This document shows, in pieces, positions 27,703 through 41,462 of a stretch of DNA of 64,000 nucleotides. Below the pieces are notes generated by a model that worked only from the letters and a program-made list of their open reading frames with translations, was not told where the DNA came from and made no database searches. Source of the stretch: Strigamia acuminata (Eukaryota); contig OX442314.1 in NCBI GenBank assembly GCA_949358305.1, forward strand, positions 11,718,001 to 11,782,000, written 5' to 3'. The first letter of the stretch is position 1; every line of letters starts with the position of its first letter. The position numbers and the translations under genes were made by a program.

Positions 27703-30283
27703 TTAATTTGTAATTTCATCGGCGCTCTCTTGGGAATTATCAACTTTGCGTTGCTTCGCTTCTGGCTCTAATTTAAATAATAATAATAAAAATAATTGTA
27801 AAAAAATTAAAATTAATTTACATATTTTTTTTAATTTAAAGAAATTTTTTTGTTGTACCTTCAACTCGTTGACCGGCTTCACTTTTCCTCGTTTTTAATG
27901 CTTTGCACGTATTTTCCCAATCATGATAATTGCTCGGAAGTAATTTCTGAGGCACTTTTTCATCGCCAATTGGAGTTGCAAAAAGAGCGTGAAACCAGGG
28001 GTCAAAACGCACCAAGTTATCACGTAACCAATTACTTTGACTTCGTTTAAGCACAATCTGTTAACAATTTTGTGAATTTTAATTGAATAAATTGAATGAA
28101 AACTAAAAAATTGCAGAGAAATTATTACCCTGTGCACAGGATGATCAGTAATTTGTCCATCAGTCAAATCCACCGGTTGTTTTTTGTCATAAACTGGTGT
28201 TTTGCACACAATTCCATGTCGCGGTTTGATGGCCCCTTCGTACATGATCGGCTGCTTCTTGACACGTATTTGCAGAAACCTTCCGAAACAACGAATCGCC
28301 ACTAAAGATTGGAATGACACCTCGACACTTATCATTTTACTCGGTGAATTATCGCTAAAGTATTCAAATTCGTATATGAAATTTCTGTAAAATAAAAAAT
28401 TCAAATTAAATTCAAATTCTGCAATTTTAAAATTGCATAAATTGCGATAAATCGAATACCTTTTGGAAAAAACAACTTTCAGTTTATTTCGTGTTCTGCC
28501 ATTCGTATGATAATGAGCTTCAACCTTGATAAAAACAAATAATTTGCATTATTTTAACTATAGATTTAAATAAATTAAAATAATATAAAATAAAACACCT
28601 GAAACGAGCCAATTGTTAACGTTTTCATTTCAAAATGTTTTGGCTTATATTCCTTCGCATTCACTTTTCCCATTTGAAAATCAGTAATCACAATCGGTGG
28701 AATCACAGAACAAACTATAAAATATAAAATCTAAAAACAAAGTACTAAAATAAAAATAAATTCATTCATTCCTCACCTTTTGAATTTGAACGATCTTTTT
28801 CGCTCATAGGTAAAAGACACAGCAAAGTAGTCGCGTTTTCATCATCCGATTTAACCGCTTTTTGCTTTTCAACATTCGAATGTGTTTGACTGTCAGTTGA
28901 CACCTCCAATTCCTTCCCACTGTCCGTCTTCCGCTCTTCAATCGCCTTTTCGTGACTCCGCTTCTTGCTTTTTCCGCTTTTATTCCCACAAGCAGCATTC
29001 CGATGCGCCAATCTCTGTTTGTTCCTCTCCTCGATCATTTCTCGCACCGTCACGTATCTTTTCGGAGTGCGTGGTGCAGTTGGATAATACGTGTGAACCG
29101 CTGTAAACGGCAAATTTTTGTTCATAGCAATGAAGTACAAAGACGCCGCATTGTCAGACCGAACGGGCAACACTTGAAATGGAATCAAAGACGGTGCAGT
29201 TGGCACTGAAGCTGCCGTCGAAGCGTCTTCGGGGTTGATGTAATGCGTGCAAGAAATGCATTTGGCAAACTTAAGCGGTTCAATATCGTAACAGCACAAT
29301 TCCAAGGGCTTGAAATTAGGAACTTCTCGACTAGGAGCGGGATATTTTGACACAGGCGCATCTTTGGGTGCATCTTTCGGTGCAGCTGGGGGTGTGTGAG
29401 TCACTCTTGTGGACTCTGGAGGTTCTACAATTGGAGGTTGAAAGAATGGCGACGGGGTGACCAGTTCACTGTACGAAGATGAGGGAGTTGAAGTAAGTAG
29501 TGATGAGAGTATAGAAGGAGTTTGGGGAGTTTCAGGAGGGTACCAGGAGGAGCAAAAGGGATTATTTGGCGTGTAATTAGAGTAATCTGTATTTGGATTA
29601 ATAAATGACGGCTGTTGTGTGTTTAGTGTGTTATTGGTGATTGGAAATTGAAGATACGGATTATCATTGCTCGTCTGTTGGTATTTTGAATTCCACGGAT
29701 TATCATTGCTCGTCTGTTGGTATTTTGAATTCCACGGATTTGTTTGGTAGTCGGATTCGCACCAGGTGTAAAGCGGGCTGGAGGAATAGTTTGGGATTTT
29801 GAATCCAGTTTTAGGTGCGCCGTAAAAATTGTCATTTATGTTCCAATTGGTGTAAGCTTCTTTGACAGCATCGCACCGGTTTCCGAAGGCGGGACGGCCG
29901 AATGCTTCCGCGAAATTACGCAGACCAGATGTTGCTTGATAGGAAGTGTAGTCTTCGATCGCAGTGTGTTGTTGTTGGGTTGACATGAAGTCTTCATTTT
30001 CTAGGAGATTAAAAATGGCTTCATGGGTTATGCTGTTTAATTCGGTTGAATGGATGAGTGAGTCGGGGTCCGAGTCGGGGAGAATTGAATGAATGAAGTC
30101 TTCTTCAGGAGCGTCGGGGTTGAAGTTTAGGTAGCGGAAAATGTCGTAGTCGCTTTCTTGTTTGGACGGCGTGCTCTGTTCGTATTAAATAAAATATTGG
30201 TTTTTAAGTCGGAGTTTAATTTACATATTTCTATTTAAATTATCATAAGTTTTTAGTGAGTATTTAAGTTAAGTTACCTGCAT
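27703..30283 (-). CDS. Orphan ~701-aa protein with a disordered acidic/PST N-terminus and a C-terminal TRF2/HOY1-like PH-like domain
   Basis: Exons 30283-30278, 30175-28777, 28714-28599, 28524-28460, 28384-28129, 28057-27859 and 27767-27703 join in frame (2106 nt), all GT-AG. Confidence 0.8.
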
Positions 30284-30679
30284 TTTCAATTACCATACCG
30301 TTGAATCGTTTACATAGGACTAAACGTGTCGATTTGGTGTAGCAAATGTGAGAGACTAAATTTTATCATTTTCGGATTTGCATATTAGATGTCAAGGTTT
30401 GCAATTTTCATTTTTACAGATAATGGTGTCTTTATTAATTAATCGCGAGGATTTAAAGGAAATAAAATATTTATTTGTCAGAAAATTTAAATAATAAATA
30501 GCATAAAAATAAAAATAAAAATAGTAAAAATAATTCAACTGAGAAGTGAGAGACGTCATGTGACAATTAAAAATAAAAATCCAAATCGACGTTATCTCAC
30601 TGCTTTTAAGGAATTCAATAGTTTTTATTACATATATATATTAATTTATATATATAAAACAAAAACAGAAAATTTAAAT

Positions 30680-31789
30680 TTAAAAAACGGTTTGTGTTTG
30701 TGGGGATCGCGGATCATCTTTCCATTGAATCTGCGACCGATTTTCTCCAAAACTCGACCTCGATTTCGCCGTATTTTCCAACTTCGGTAGTGTTTTTTCA
30801 CTCCACGATTGACTGGTCAAACTTTTTATCTAACAAAAAGTTTTAATTTTCAATTAAAATCGACTCAAAGTTGTAAAAAAAAAAACTTGTCAAACTCTTG
30901 TAAGCAATTGATTTTTTCTGATAGTAAGTTCTCTTTCCTGCACAGCAAGGTTCTGCTCCCGAAGATTCAATTCCGTCCTCAGACGAGCAGCTTCACCAAT
31001 TTCGCCGCCATAGTTGGAAGCAACAGATAAAATGCTGGAAAATTTGACCTGAGGACGACGATGTTCTGTATCGTCTCCAGCTCCTTGAATTAATTTAAAA
31101 AAAAAAAAAAATTTGCGCATTTTTCCCCAAAAATAACAAATAATAATTTACGGGGTCGGTCATAAACCAAAGGCGATGACCACTTCGGTTTGTTCGTAGG
31201 AGTTGAGTTGTTGTAATTCGGAGTGGAAGTGAAGCAAGGACGACAATTGACAGACGTATCCATTGAGGGATTCGGAGTGGAAGTGAAGCAAGGACGGCAA
31301 TTGACAGAAGTATCCATTGAGGGATTCGGATTAGTTGGAATCGAAGGAGTTTCATTTTTCGTGTTCAAATTGTCGATTGTCTGAATAAAGAAAACATAAT
31401 TGCAACATTTTAATTGGTGCATTAGTGATGGAATAAATACTTTATTCAATGTGTGAAGTCTTTGTCCAAGTGCTGCTAATTTCTGGTCTGTGTTGCATTC
31501 TATTTGAGCCAAACGATTATGCAAACTTCTCATCTCTCTTTCCAAATTAGAAATATCTGCTCCCTTAAATATCAATTTTCTTTTTTAAATATAAGTAATT
31601 CGGCTTTTAATTAAGATATAAAAGTGCATACGATTTCATCTGTATCGTGAGATGCATAAAGTCCAACTCCAACACATGATTTTGTCCGTTTCGGTAAAAA
31701 TTTCTTATCCACAACTTTAAAATTTAAGAAAAATAACAATTTTCGAGTTTAGGGTAAACTTAGATTTAGTACTTACTGGCCGAACTCAT
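30680..31789 (-). CDS. Orphan ~261-aa coiled-coil protein
   Basis: Exons 31789-31777, 31714-31632, 31563-31441, 31380-31152, 31083-30896 and 30829-30680 join in frame (786 nt), GT-AG. Two heptad-like segments and an 18-aa tandem duplication. Confidence 0.7.
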
Positions 31790-32137
31790 ATTGAGGCTTC
31801 GAAATATGAAAATAAAACACGATTTAATCCGAATTCATTTTGTTCTACCAAACAATCGCACGAGAACGAGAACAACAAAAGCACAAAAGCATTTGCGAGT
31901 TAATTTATATACGAGAATAAAACTTTATTGCCTCATTTTTGTATTTCAAACAATAATAAAAATTACACAGTTATTTTAATTCCTATGAAATTTATTTTAC
32001 GTATGCTGAAAAAATTAACAAGAAAAAAATAGTAAATCCCCCTGATTACAATAATACATTTTTGTTTTCCAAAACCGGTGATTTTTTTGTGTTTTATAAT
32101 CTGCAATTTTCAATTTTACATCAATAATTTATTGTCA

Positions 32138-35100
32138 TCACGCGTAATAACTAGGTGAAACCAAAAGATCAGTAAGAACCGCTAATTGATCGTCGGAGAA
32201 TTTAAGCTTGTGATCACGCCAATTGTCATGGTGAGTCCGACGAAAATTAGACAATGTTTTCTTTATAGTGAGCTGCAATTTAAATTCAGAAAAATTAAAA
32301 AAAATTCACTATCAATAAATAAATCGATGAATAACTCACAGGAATGGGTTGAGGATCGTTTAGATGATCGCCAAGGATCATTAGAATGTCAGGAATTTCT
32401 TCAGGGACGTCGTAGGGATTAGCATTTACATAAGCGCACAATCCTAAAATCCCAGCGTGGCATTGTATTACCGCTTCCGGTAAAATAGGTGTTTTACGGT
32501 CTCGAACGACCAACTTCTTAGAGCATTTCGTTTTGAATATTTTCTACAAAATTTGTTTTAGTCAATTTTAAATATTTTAACCACAAAATTTCTCAATCTC
32601 ACTAATCCATCATACCGGTAGTTACAAAATTAACGCTAGTATGATGAATTTGGGTTTGTAAATCGAGAAAAATGATTAATTTAATTTATTACCAATAAAT
32701 CTTTGTTGAATTTAATGAATTCACAATGAAAGAATCCACCCATAGTCACTCCCGCCATTTCACGAACCTGTCAACGAATTATAATCAACATTTTTTAAAA
32801 ATCGCTCAATATTTTTCGCACCTCCACTCGTTCATCTTCCAACAAAGTCAAAATAACTAGACGAATCTGCGCAACTAAATCGTTGCTCTTCAATATTTGA
32901 AAAAGGTTACAAAATACCATCACTTGAAGGTACGAAAGACACGAGGCCCGTGCGCGCCACGAAACACTTTTAGTTATCTAATAACACAAAATTAATCAAT
33001 TGTCAGTAAATAAAAATATCAGCAAAAATTAAATTTCTAATTGCCTGAAGGACAGTAGCGATAGCAACTTCTATATTAATCGGTGTAAGATACGCTTGAC
33101 CTAAACACGCGATAGTCAACATACAATCTTGTTTTAATTCTTCGTCATTGTCGTTGCTTTCCATTTGACACAACTAAAACGCGGGAAAAAAATTGTTATT
33201 ATAATAAATCCAAATTCCAAATAGATTTAAACAAACCATCGGTAGAAATTTAAAAAATTCCGGTGGCGCGGTGTACATTGCTCGCGTCACATTCCCGATT
33301 AACCATTTACAAACTGAAACAAAATAAAATATAAAATAAAAATATTTAAAAAATTAAAAATTTCCCAACCTGTTTTCATAAGAGCCAACGCAGTTTTCCT
33401 CTCTGCCGATTCACAACAATTGATAGTTAAATTTTTATGCACATCACCAGAAGATGTAACCGTACCATCAATAGGCACCGAATTATTCCCCGAAGTGTCT
33501 AAATCGGACGCCGAATTGCCATTTATTTCAGACTCCAAAATCGCCAGCTGCGGCAAAACTTCCGACACAAACTGAGACCTTCGCGGGCACTTATTCGACA
33601 GACTGTTCGGCAAATTCACATCCATCAGAAATATATTTGTCAAAACGCTGTTTTTAAAAATCAAAAAATAGAATAAAATTAATTTAAAAAATAAAATAAA
33701 ATCGATTAACTCGCCTTCCTATTCGAACACGAACATTTTGAAACGGATGGGTTAAATAAGGCTTTAAATAATCCAAAAGACGATGAAGTAATTCGGAAAC
33801 TCGCCATTCCTGTTGCGCGATTCCTCCCTGCAGTACGTACAAACGACTACACAAACAAATAATAAATAAATAAATAAATAAATAGATAAATACAAACAAA
33901 ATTGATCTCAACTCGCCTGGATTCGACGAACGAGCCTTCGGCCGCTCTCATGGGTTCCTCCATCAACAATTCCATCAACCAATGAAGACGATTGGGATCG
34001 CCACTTTCCTGATAATTAAATTTAATTAAATTTTCAATTTCTTTTGGACTAAAATATAAAATACTAACCGAAGCAGTTGCGATGCACGTCCCCCAATCGC
34101 CGACAGTTTCAACGGTGACTTTTCTCAACGCCGTTCTTAAAACCGGAACCAACATTTCGCGCATGACTTCCACCATTTCGAACGGCCAATGTTTACTTCC
34201 ACGGACTAAGCCGGCGATGATTTCCGCCGCGCATCGCTGACTACTTTCTTGCGACTCTGATACCAATCTCTCCAAGTGTGGATGAAAGAGAGACAGAAAA
34301 CTGACGCCGTAGTTTCGAAATAATCCCTATAAACGAAACAAAATAAAACAAAAAATTTTTTTTTTTGAAAATGTCGTTCAGAATAGTTACTTTGAACAGA
34401 ACAAATCGTTTGGCATCAAATTTGTCTTTTCCTTTGCGATCTTCGAGAGACAAAAACGAAATCCACTGTCGAATGTTCGTCTCTTGTTGGAAAAACTCGA
34501 ATAAAACTGCCTCTTCAGGTGAGAAATCACTCAAACTCCTTGTAACTGTTGGTTGGTCGGAAAATGGAGAATAAACTAAAGTCGGCCTAAATTTGTTTTA
34601 AATAAAATAAAATTTTACATAATTGATTTAATGTTTTATTATTTACAGCCGGCCCAAGGAGTGCGCCAACCACTCTCACTCTTAACATCGTTGTAACAAA
34701 TGCATTTTAATGCACATTTGATGCAAAAAAATGAATTTTTTGATGCAAAAACAGACATTTAGAGACAAAAACTTGCCAAAATGTGTTTTTTATGAGGGAA
34801 TTTGTTTTGGCTAAGCTCCTTGAGCCTTTTCTGGTTTTATTCACTCACTTCGGCCAGCAATAGTATCCCACATGCGTCTTATTAACGAAAACCCGTTTTT
34901 CCCATTCTTCTTTAGTAAGTGGGCGATGTTTGTAATGATATTGAAGCCATTCGTTGTCTGGACGGTGACCAGGAGGCACTTTATCACCCTCTCCACTTTT
35001 GGCTAAACTCTTGTCAATTACGCCGGTCTCATTCACGGAATAAGGATTAATTTCAACTTTTTTGTGGGCTCTTTTCTGCTGCTTTAAAATCGCAGCGATC

Positions 35101-38100
35101 GTATTGATGGAAAGTTTGCGAACACTCAATGTTTCATGAATTAGATTTTGAGCAAAAACTTTCACGGCGCACGCCGGAAGCGGAACATCGTGACGCATCA
35201 GCAAAGACAGCAAAACTAAGCCTAGATAATTATGGCGCCATCGTCTAAAAAGATAAAAACAATTTAAATAACACTAAATAAACGAATAAAAACAACGTTT
35301 GACACTTACAGGCTGCCATTGCTAATTAAATTAACTATATTTTCAATTAAATTGTGGTATAATCTGAAACAAAATAAAAAAAAACACAAAAAATATACGA
35401 AAAATCACTAAAAACATGAATTGTTTTCTTCTAAATTTGAATTAATTCATGTATACCGTAAACATTCAGAATTTTTTGTTTTTAGTTCTGTATCGGCTAA
35501 TTTCAATTCGTCATCACTGGGAATGGATAAACTGCATTTTGGAAGCGAATTGTTCCACATCAACATCGCACTTTCCGCGCACTTGTCTGTCGACTAACCG
35601 AAATAAAAATTTAAAAATTAAAATAAAATACATATTCAACATTTCCACTATTCTCACTTTCCACTCTATCGCCAGCGTTTCTAAATTCCTCTGAACTTGT
35701 TCGGACATTTCGTCCATTAACTTAATTATAGACGGTTTTTCAGAGTGCTGAGCTTTGATCACAGCCGGCCATAACACATTCAAAGCCTTCCAATTGTGTT
35801 TCGTTAAAAACGACCGTGTTTTACTGCCTAAAATCACATACAACGCCCCCTACATAAAAAAACACGTTATCATTTAAACAAATTCAATAAATTCCTCATA
35901 TACCTTAAACTGCTCGTGGGATATAGTATCATCATTACACAATAATGTTTCTACTTTACTAACAAAACGAGTATAAGAAAAAGTAAACACTTGGAAAGCT
36001 CGGTTTAAAATCACTTGTGCTTTTGCTCGCACCTAAAAAATTAAAAATTAAAAATTAAAAATTAATTTTTTTTTCATTTTAACGTTGATATTTACTTCAC
36101 TATAGTGACTAGTAGACAACAGTAGTAGATTAGACATAAGCTCTTCGTGAAACGGAGTGTATATGGTCTGGACTCTTTCCAAAACGCACATCTAGAAAAA
36201 AGACGGAGTCTTTTAATAAACAAGTAAATAATCCGAGAGAAAAGGTGAAGATATACTACTTCGTGTTGCATTTGGGTTCTGTCTATCAACAGTGATCGAA
36301 TGTGCTGTTTTTTGCCTAGCAACTTGAAATGAAAAATTAAATAAATTTTAATACACATTTTCCGATCGTTTTTCTCGTGTTTTACTTTGTTTTCCATCGA
36401 TTTCTTAGCGAAATGAAAACTTTTCCAACGAGCTTCGAAATCCTCCTTATTAATTCCAAGATAAAATAGCAGCTGCTGATATATCTAATTTAAAATAAAT
36501 AAATAATTAAATTAAATTTTTAAAAACTCAAATTTGTTCATCAATCAAACCTGAATAATTTGGAATAAAGACTTCGTGTCGTCTTCCGACGTGCTCAAGA
36601 CAAATTCTAACAATTTGTTAATAACACGAGCTATTTCTTTTCGAACATGGCCGCCGCCTTCCAATTTCAACCCCTCGGAGTCCATGCTGAAGGTGTGCGG
36701 TGTGTATTTGAGTGTAACTCGACTCTCGACCCTAAAATAAATTTAAAAAAATTAACATCTAACCACGAGTTTCACTCCAGACAGCTTACAATTTCATTGA
36801 ATCTAATTCCCAGAGTGGCAATACCGCTCCAGCTCCCAGAATAAAGTCCAGAACGATCGACAGTGATCGCTGCCTTTCCTCTCTTTTAATAAAAAAAAAA
36901 AAACATTTATTCATTACAAATTGAATTTTAAGTCTTTAAAATTTTACCTCGACATTGTTAATTCACCGTCAGCCACTTGTTCTAATTTTCTCAACTCTGG
37001 CACCAAAAAAGTGTGCAGTAATTCCCTGACCCACGCTTTCTCATCGCTGTTCGGTATGTGCCATTTCAAGTTCAATTCGTTCACATCGCCAGACTTTCCC
37101 CAATCCTAAATTTCAGATTAAATTAAATAAACATTTAAATCGATTTAAATTGCATTTTACTCGGATTGGCAAATATTGGGACATCGGTTGGTCGAAATCT
37201 TCAGTCGTGCTGCGAAATTCCACCGGTGCCACGAGGGTCAATGCTTTCAATATGTGTCGCAGTATTGCGTGAGACAATAAATATCCCGGTTTGCTGGTCA
37301 AATGAAGAGTGCGGTGTAATACTTCAACGAGGATATCTTTGTATTTCAGTAATTCCTGACCATTACAGCGAACAATCTGAACCGAATTTTATAATTAATT
37401 AAATTAAATTAAATTAAATAAACGAAATATTTAATCAAAACGAGTAAAAACCTCCGAAAGAAGCAGCATACTGAACAATAATTCTGTATCGAGCATTTCT
37501 TCTTTCAACACTTCTTCGGCGGCACTCAAACTCAAAATGGTTCTGCAGATTACAGGTAAAAATACTTTCAAAGCCAATTCCGGCTTGACCTAAAAATAAA
37601 AATAAAAAATAAAAATATTTTTTAAAAAAATTAATTAATTCAATTTGCCTTTGAAGCGGCTCGGCACATGTTCGCGGCTAATCGTCCCGACACTTTAGTT
37701 TCTAAAACACGTCCACAAATGAAAGACTCAAGTTTCGACAACGCAAATCGATAAATTTCAGACGAGCATTGCATGAGCATAGCGGTAAATGTCGACGTTA
37801 AAACAACAGCCAACATGCTTTCTTCAGAATTCATTTTTTCCGTATCCCTATCCAGACGCGTTGTATGTTCCAACGAACTGTTTTCAATCAGAGCGAAGCA
37901 TCTAAAACAATAAAAATTCGTTATGAAACAAAAAAAATCACAATTTTTATTTAAAACATCGTTCACCTGTCCATAAATTGTAACAAAAAATCTTCAAATT
38001 CACGAGTTGCCAAGCATAATTCCTCTTCCCGCTAAAAATACAACATTTAATTATTTTCCCAATCATTTATCTCCTTAAACTGACCTCCGTTAACTTGAGA

Positions 38101-41100
38101 TTTTCGCACGCAACGGCGGAAGAACAATCGACGAGCGGCACCAACGTAACAAATGCAAAAATAAACTGAAACGTCACCTGGTAAAAAAAATAAAATAAAA
38201 ACAAACGTTTAATTTCTCCTTCAGCAACAAATTGCGCGTCATCACCATGCATTTTTTGAAATCATTCGGATCTATTCCCGGCAAACTACACAAAAGAAGT
38301 GGAATAACGTGAGCGGGTCCTTCGGGAAAATTATCACCGCCCCTGACCAAAGAGCGTGAAACGGACACAAAACAGTGCATTGTAGCGATCAAACGGTGAG
38401 GTTCGGTGAGTGTCTCCAACGCCGGATACAACCTAAATTTTAAAAACAAACATTTATTATATTTATAATTAAATTTAAATTCCTAATTCTTTTCGGACCG
38501 TTCCAATAACGACGGAATCACCGACTTGGGCTTCAGAATTGAGAGATACTGCATGGCGTTTGCAGAATAAAGAGACCCAGTTTTACTAAACATTGCTAAA
38601 AGAACACACGCCTTGATACTTTCAACAAATTCGTCGACATCATTGTCAGTAAGACAATGACTCTTTGGAATACTCTGTTCCCAACTCGGTTTTTTGTAAC
38701 GTTCTCTAAAAACAAATAAAAAATCATCATTATAACTCATAGAAATTAATTTAATTATTTATTTACTTGTGTAATCTATTCACTAAAGACGCCGGGAGTT
38801 TGTATAACATTCGTTGTAGCTTGATCTAAAGATTAAATCATTTGTAACGTTCAATATTCAATAATTCTTTTGTTTTAAAAAAAAACTTACATTCCATCGC
38901 CCGTTATTCGATGGATGGTAATACGATTCAATCGCTTTAAATAATTTTGTTAGATTTTGTTGACAACTACTGCCACCTCCCTAGAAATTCGTAATTCCAC
39001 CATTTACTCGTCAAAAAATTCACATTTTTGTAAATATTTAATCAATAAATTACCAGCATAGCAATGATAAAATTTACTGCAGATGTCACTTCAAAAGCAT
39101 TTCCCAATCGGCCTATTTGCAACAAGCAGGATCCAACCGGGAGATTGAAAGACCTTAGTAATTTAGTAAATATCTGCAAAAATAATAAATTAAAATTAAA
39201 ATAAATTCCAATTTCATTTTATTTCTCTACCATTGGAATATGGGGTTCCCAATCGATGAACCCGATTGTATCCATCGCGAGCCGGGACACGAGCCAAATA
39301 AGAGTCTAAACAAAGCACACGATTAATTTCAGGTTTCTCGTTTCTAAGTTATCATCTCGTACATGTTCCCAAGTTGGACAATTGTGCGCCAATCGCCATA
39401 GATCCATGACGTCGGAAAACCACAGTCTATTAAATTATCATTAATTATTTATTATTTTACGAGAAATACCGTTGCTAATTTACTTGAAGCCTTTATCGTG
39501 ATGTTCGGGGGGCAAAAGGGTTGGTAAAAAAAGCTCAAAATAATTCATCGCCCTCAAAACTGTCACATCAAACGGACATAACAGTTGCCGCCATTCGACC
39601 AACATTTCACTCGTCGCTGCGAGTGGGAAATATCTTTAAAAACAAAATTAAAATATAAAATTTTGTTGTTTTTTTAATTTTTTAATTAAAATTCACTTAC
39701 GGTCTACATAATCGTATTAGGCTTTTCAGTGTGGACACGATGGACCTGCAGAAATATTTTAAGAAATCGATAAATAAAAATTTATTTTAAAATTAAAAAA
39801 TTAAAAATAAACGACAAATATCAAAGCAGAAAAAGTAAGAGTTGTGAACTGCAACAAATTGGTCTGGATGAGATCACTATAAAATATTCCATCAACTGAA
39901 TTTATTCAATTTTTTAAAAAACAAAAAAAAAAATAATAATTTGTATTAATTCAGCTGAAAAACCTCCGTGAGCTCAAACAATAATTTCTTACAACTTTTT
40001 TGTTTTTATTTAAAAAATCTCTTTTTTTTCCGTTTAAAAACCACCGAACTAAACCAAACAAAACGTCTTTTCTATTTACTTAAAGCAGGAAATATGAAGC
40101 CAAACAAAAAAGTGCAATAGAGCGCTAATAATTAAACGATTGACACATTTCTCAGCGAGAAAATAGCAAACTAACACGATGTAAATGGCCGTTATTTATA
40201 TACCTCTTTCCATCCACATTAGCCATTATTGACGTCCACTTCTGCTGCAAGTTTAAGTCTTGCATCAACGACAAAACATCTAAACTGTTGACGCCGAGAC
40301 TTCTCCTACACAATAATAATAAAAAGCTAATTTGTCACTAAAATTACGTACGCATGACGTCACATCCACGAACAATCTGTTGCCACAACCCCAAAACACG
40401 ACTGTGCAACGAGCCTACTGTAAGTAATCACGTACAAATCTTGTAAAATTACAATTTAAACATAATTGTGCATCTAATCATGCTCTAATCCACCATTACT
40501 CACCCAACCTCCAATTAAACCTTCCCTAAAAGTGTAAAAACATCCAAAAAAAGAAAGAAAAACAACCAAAAACACCACTTTTTGTGCGCCGTGTGCATTC
40601 ACAAACATACCCGGGGAACAAAATCAAGTTGTGCGGTTCGTATTGCGAATACGCCACTCGTTCGTAAAGTATATACAAAGGTCTCCATTCTAGCTGCAGC
40701 TCTTCCGGTGATATCAATTCACGTTTTCTGCCAAACAAAAATACACACAGTTCATTGATTTTTTTTCCAGAAATTAAAACAATTTCATTACTTTAACAGC
40801 GCAACTAAAATCTGCGCGTAAATCTGCACTAGGGTTAATTCTGAATCCGGTGTGACAACTAATTCGTAGAAAACTTTGATAAAGGCTACGTGGTCTTCTT
40901 TTGAGAATTTTCGTCCATAAAGGCAGATGTAACTGTGAGAGAAAAAGAAGAAAAATATTTTTTTTAAATTATAAAATAATTTTCTAAGAAGTTTTTGTTT
41001 TTTTGTTTGGTAATTACGCACTCGGATAATCGATGCGCCCAATGGAGGCAACCGGGTCTGAAATCTTTTAGCAAAACGGCTCGTCCTAAATTCGCTTTGA

Positions 41101-41215
41101 TTTCTGCGAGTTGTACATTAGAATCGTCGTCCAATCTGTCAGCATACGGAAGTAATCTGCTGTAGACTAATTCTTTTTGCGGTTTAAAGCCCAGGCAGTC
41201 CTCTCTCTCTGCCAT
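32138..41215 (-). CDS. PSME4: Proteasome activator complex subunit 4 (PA200/Blm10), ~40 exons
   Basis: [94 protein letters not shown]-terminal SPSYYA (HbYX motif). Confidence 0.97.
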
Positions 41216-41462
41216 CTTGCGACTACCGTTCGGATGGCTCGTGTTTGCTCGCAATCCCGCTTTTATCTAGTGAAAACTGCAATATTTTTTGCAACTTGTG
41301 ATGACTCGATGCTTACGGTGGTCGCCACATTGGTTTGAGTTGAAAACAATGTAAGTGATGTTCTGATTGGTCGATTAAAAATGGGGACCAATGGCAACCT
41401 TCGATTTAAATGGTTAAAGAGACCTCTTTCGAGGTCGTTGTTGAACTAATGCAAAACAGAAC
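41216..41462. promoter_or_regulatory. Compact bidirectional promoter region PSME4/acylphosphatase with CCAAT boxes
   Basis: Divergent ATGs 247 bp apart; ATTGG at ~41329 and ~41366, CCAAT at ~41388. Confidence 0.55.

Noticed and set aside
39746..40610. Intronic snoRNA in the long PSME4 intron
   Set aside because: No properly spaced C/D boxes on the sense strand; H/ACA type cannot be judged by eye.
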